From contig JAZNYH010000049.1 in the NCBI GenBank assembly GCA_045594305.1, positions 1-58,057 on the forward strand: a stretch of 58,057 nucleotides of DNA, in the 5' to 3' direction. The DNA is from Eubacteriales bacterium (GTDB lineage: Bacteria; Bacillota; Clostridia; Oscillospirales; CAG-272). Of the stretch, positions 55,943 through 58,057 are shown one piece after another. The first letter of the stretch is position 1. Each line of letters begins with the position of its first letter. The translations under genes were made by a program, and so were the position numbers. Below the pieces are notes generated by a model. The model saw only the letters and a list, made by a program, of their open reading frames with translations, searched no databases and was not told the origin of the DNA.

Positions 55943-57877
55943 TTATTGCTTTGAGAGGTAAACTCTATCAGCGGTGATTGTATTGAATACTGTTCCGCTT
56001 GTTGTTTGTACCTGTGTATCTACTGCTTCATCACCAATTGCGTCTTGGAGATACTCTATATCGTCGCCTGTCTTAACAAAGATTGCTGATACGAGTGAGA
56101 GCTTGTAGTAGTTACTCTCTGCTGTGGACTTATCAAAGCCCTTGATCTGTATGCTGATGTCCTCATAGTTAAGAGATACCATTGTTACGCTGAAGCCTCT
56201 TACATTTGCAACAAGCTCTGCATCTGCGTCGATAAGGTCTGCTACAATTCCTACATCGGCAGCATTAACCATAAGAAGTCCTACGGTTACCTTTTCTCCA
56301 CTTAGTGACTCGTACAAGGTAAGAAGGTCAGTATCAATCTTATAGCCTGCGTTAATTCCAAAATAGCTTGCAAGCTCGGGAACTGAGTAGCCCTTGAAGG
56401 CTATGATTGGATTTGTTGGCTCATCTAATGCGTAGCCCTCAATAGCTGTGCAATAGCCAGCATTTACACAGATACAGTTATATCCGCCTGCCTTGTCAAA
56501 GCCGTTTGCGTATACAAGAGTTTTAGATATGCTATGTCCTTCAAAATCGGGAGCAACTGAGAATCCACACTCTCTGTCACAGCTTGCAGCAGCCATACAG
56601 CTGTTTACATCTCCGAGGTCGTGATTTTTATCATAGAATGCGTCACAGGAGTTGTAGCCACAAATTACATAGCGTCCTGTTGCATAATTGTCAGGGTTTG
56701 CCAAATATTCAGCATAAGTAACAATGGTTGCATTAATAAATGCACCGTTATTTGAGGTTGCACTTGTTTGAGTCAAGAAGTTTGCCTTTGCAGTTGCAAA
56801 CTCTTCGGTTGTTCCACAATAGAAGAACTTACAGTTTGCACTTGCACCATGGAAGGCATATGAAACCTGATAGGTTGTAGTTGGCTTAGTTGCATAGAAG
56901 GTCTTTGGAATGTAAATTTCCGAAACGCCTCCTGTTGAGTATGTAAAGGAGTTATCGCCTGTGTTGTTGAAGTACGCAAATGACGCTCCCATTCTAATAA
57001 TCTTTAAACTTGAACACCAAGCGAAGGTGTGATTTGCAATTGTTACAAGGGAGTTTGGAAGGCTAATTTCCGTAAGTGCAACACACGATGCAAAGCAGTA
57101 ATTACCAATTGTGGTAACGGAATCTGGTAAGTCAATAGATGATAAGCTCTTGCATCCATTGAAGCAAGAATTCTTAATTTCTTTAAGATTTTCATTTGAC
57201 GCAAAGGTCACCTTGGTAAGAGAGTGATTGTTGTAAAATGGTGCACCATTTTGACCACTACTTCCGTTAATCGTCTCAACAGATGCAGGAATGTTTATTT
57301 CTGTTAGGTTTCTCGCCTCATGAGCAAAGTTTTGAGGAATTTGTGTAATTGGGGTTTCATCATCAAGCTCAACAACAATTACAGGTGTTTCTTGAAATGG
57401 GTTGTTTGCAAATGTGGTTAGAGTGTTAGGACAATATACGAACAAAATTCGATTGTTAGCTCTTGAGCCATATCCACCAAACGAATTAAATGCCCATGAC
57501 TTAATGCCAGCATCGTCTGGGAAATTAACGCTTACTGTATTTTTATTTGTAACTGGACTTGTAAAGGTGTAGGCACCACTTCCATTGATGCTTCCTGCCT
57601 CGCCAAGGGTTATAAGGCTTGCAACGGTATGAACTGTGTCGCTACCCTCTGTTGCTGTTGCTGTAATGTACCAGGTTAGGGCGTTTCCCTGAGCATCAGT
57701 TTTTGCAAAGCCCTCTCCCTGCTTGTTTGAAATTAGGAAGGTTGAGGTGTCATAATCATAGCTATAAAGCGTGTTGCCCTCTGCATCCTTATAAATTGTT
57801 GCGGCACCTGCTGAAATTGCAAATACGGCAATCAACGCTACTACTAATACTGTCAAAAATAAAAGTCTTTTTTTCAT
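55943..57877 (-). CDS. Secreted BspA-type LRR protein with a diverged copy of the same C-terminal module
   Basis: ATG of MKKRLL follows AAGGAG; LRR_5 repeats; Cys/His linker; KGYS..INAGY..VGLLMVNA..NTITADRV. Confidence 0.88.
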   Translation of the reverse strand: MKKRLLFLTVLVVALIAVFAISAGAATIYKDAEGNTLYSYDYDTSTFLISNKQGEGFAKTDAQGNALTWYITATATEGSDTVHTVASLITLGEAGSINGSGAYTFTSPVTNKNTVSVNFPDDAGIKSWAFNSFGGYGSRANNRILFVYCPNTLTTFANNPFQETPVIVVELDDETPITQIPQNFAHEARNLTEINIPASVETINGSSGQNGAPFYNNHSLTKVTFASNENLKEIKNSCFNGCKSLSSIDLPDSVTTIGNYCFASCVALTEISLPNSLVTIANHTFAWCSSLKIIRMGASFAYFNNTGDNSFTYSTGGVSEIYIPKTFYATKPTTTYQVSYAFHGASANCKFFYCGTTEEFATAKANFLTQTSATSNNGAFINATIVTYAEYLANPDNYATGRYVICGYNSCDAFYDKNHDLGDVNSCMAAASCDRECGFSVAPDFEGHSISKTLVYANGFDKAGGYNCICVNAGYCTAIEGYALDEPTNPIIAFKGYSVPELASYFGINAGYKIDTDLLTLYESLSGEKVTVGLLMVNAADVGIVADLIDADAELVANVRGFSVTMVSLNYEDISIQIKGFDKSTAESNYYKLSLVSAIFVKTGDDIEYLQDAIGDEAVDTQVQTTSGTVFNTITADRVYLSKQ

Positions 57878-57981
57878 AATTTTTCTCCTTGTGGGTAAGC
57901 CCTCACGGGCATATAAAATATTTTTACAATATAATTGTACCACACAAGAGGTATTTTTGTCAATATGCACAATAAACAAAT

Positions 57982-57991
57982 CCCCCCCCCC
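57982..57991. repeat. C10/G10 homopolymer upstream of the LRR gene promoter
   Basis: Ten consecutive C in an AT-rich intergenic region. Confidence 0.9.
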
Positions 57992-58057
57992 GTTTTTTGC
58001 GCAAATTGCACAAAATTGCACTTCCTACCACCTTTACCGAGTCCTTCGTTGCGAGGT

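Noticed and set aside
57878-58021. Extended start of the last LRR gene through the poly-G tract
   Set aside because: The signal peptide and RBS place the start at 57877, so the tract is not a coding frameshift switch
1-58057. CRISPR array or rRNA
   Set aside because: No regularly spaced repeat-spacer pattern, cas genes or rRNA-like sequence seen

Overview
AT-rich Clostridia-like (Bacillota) chromosomal window. Housekeeping genes: tpiA, pgk, uppP, U32 family, ABC exporter, PFOR, comM/yifB, tRNA-Trp, deoC-deoD-deoB-cdd-pdp, lysS, greA, S41 protease, CdaR-like regulator, rsmE. Two accessory regions stand out. (1) 21.8-35.4 kb: carbohydrate enzymes interleaved with three BspA-type LRR surface-protein genes that have unrelated N-termini but a near-identical 495-nt 3' module. 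A MerR-sugar-kinase fusion has a MerR-type promoter with a 19-bp spacer, and that promoter is duplicated in front of one LRR gene. (2) A ~12.2-kb integrative element in the 3' end of lysS. It carries a tyrosine integrase, an excisionase, an HUH Rep/relaxase-like gene without a canonical start, a serine recombinase, a tight five-gene putative defence operon (HTH-ART-like, partner, Mrr-like nuclease, unknown, TIR) and an LRR lipoprotein preceded by a ~210-nt structured RNA. All family assignments come from motif recognition by eye; no database searches were run.
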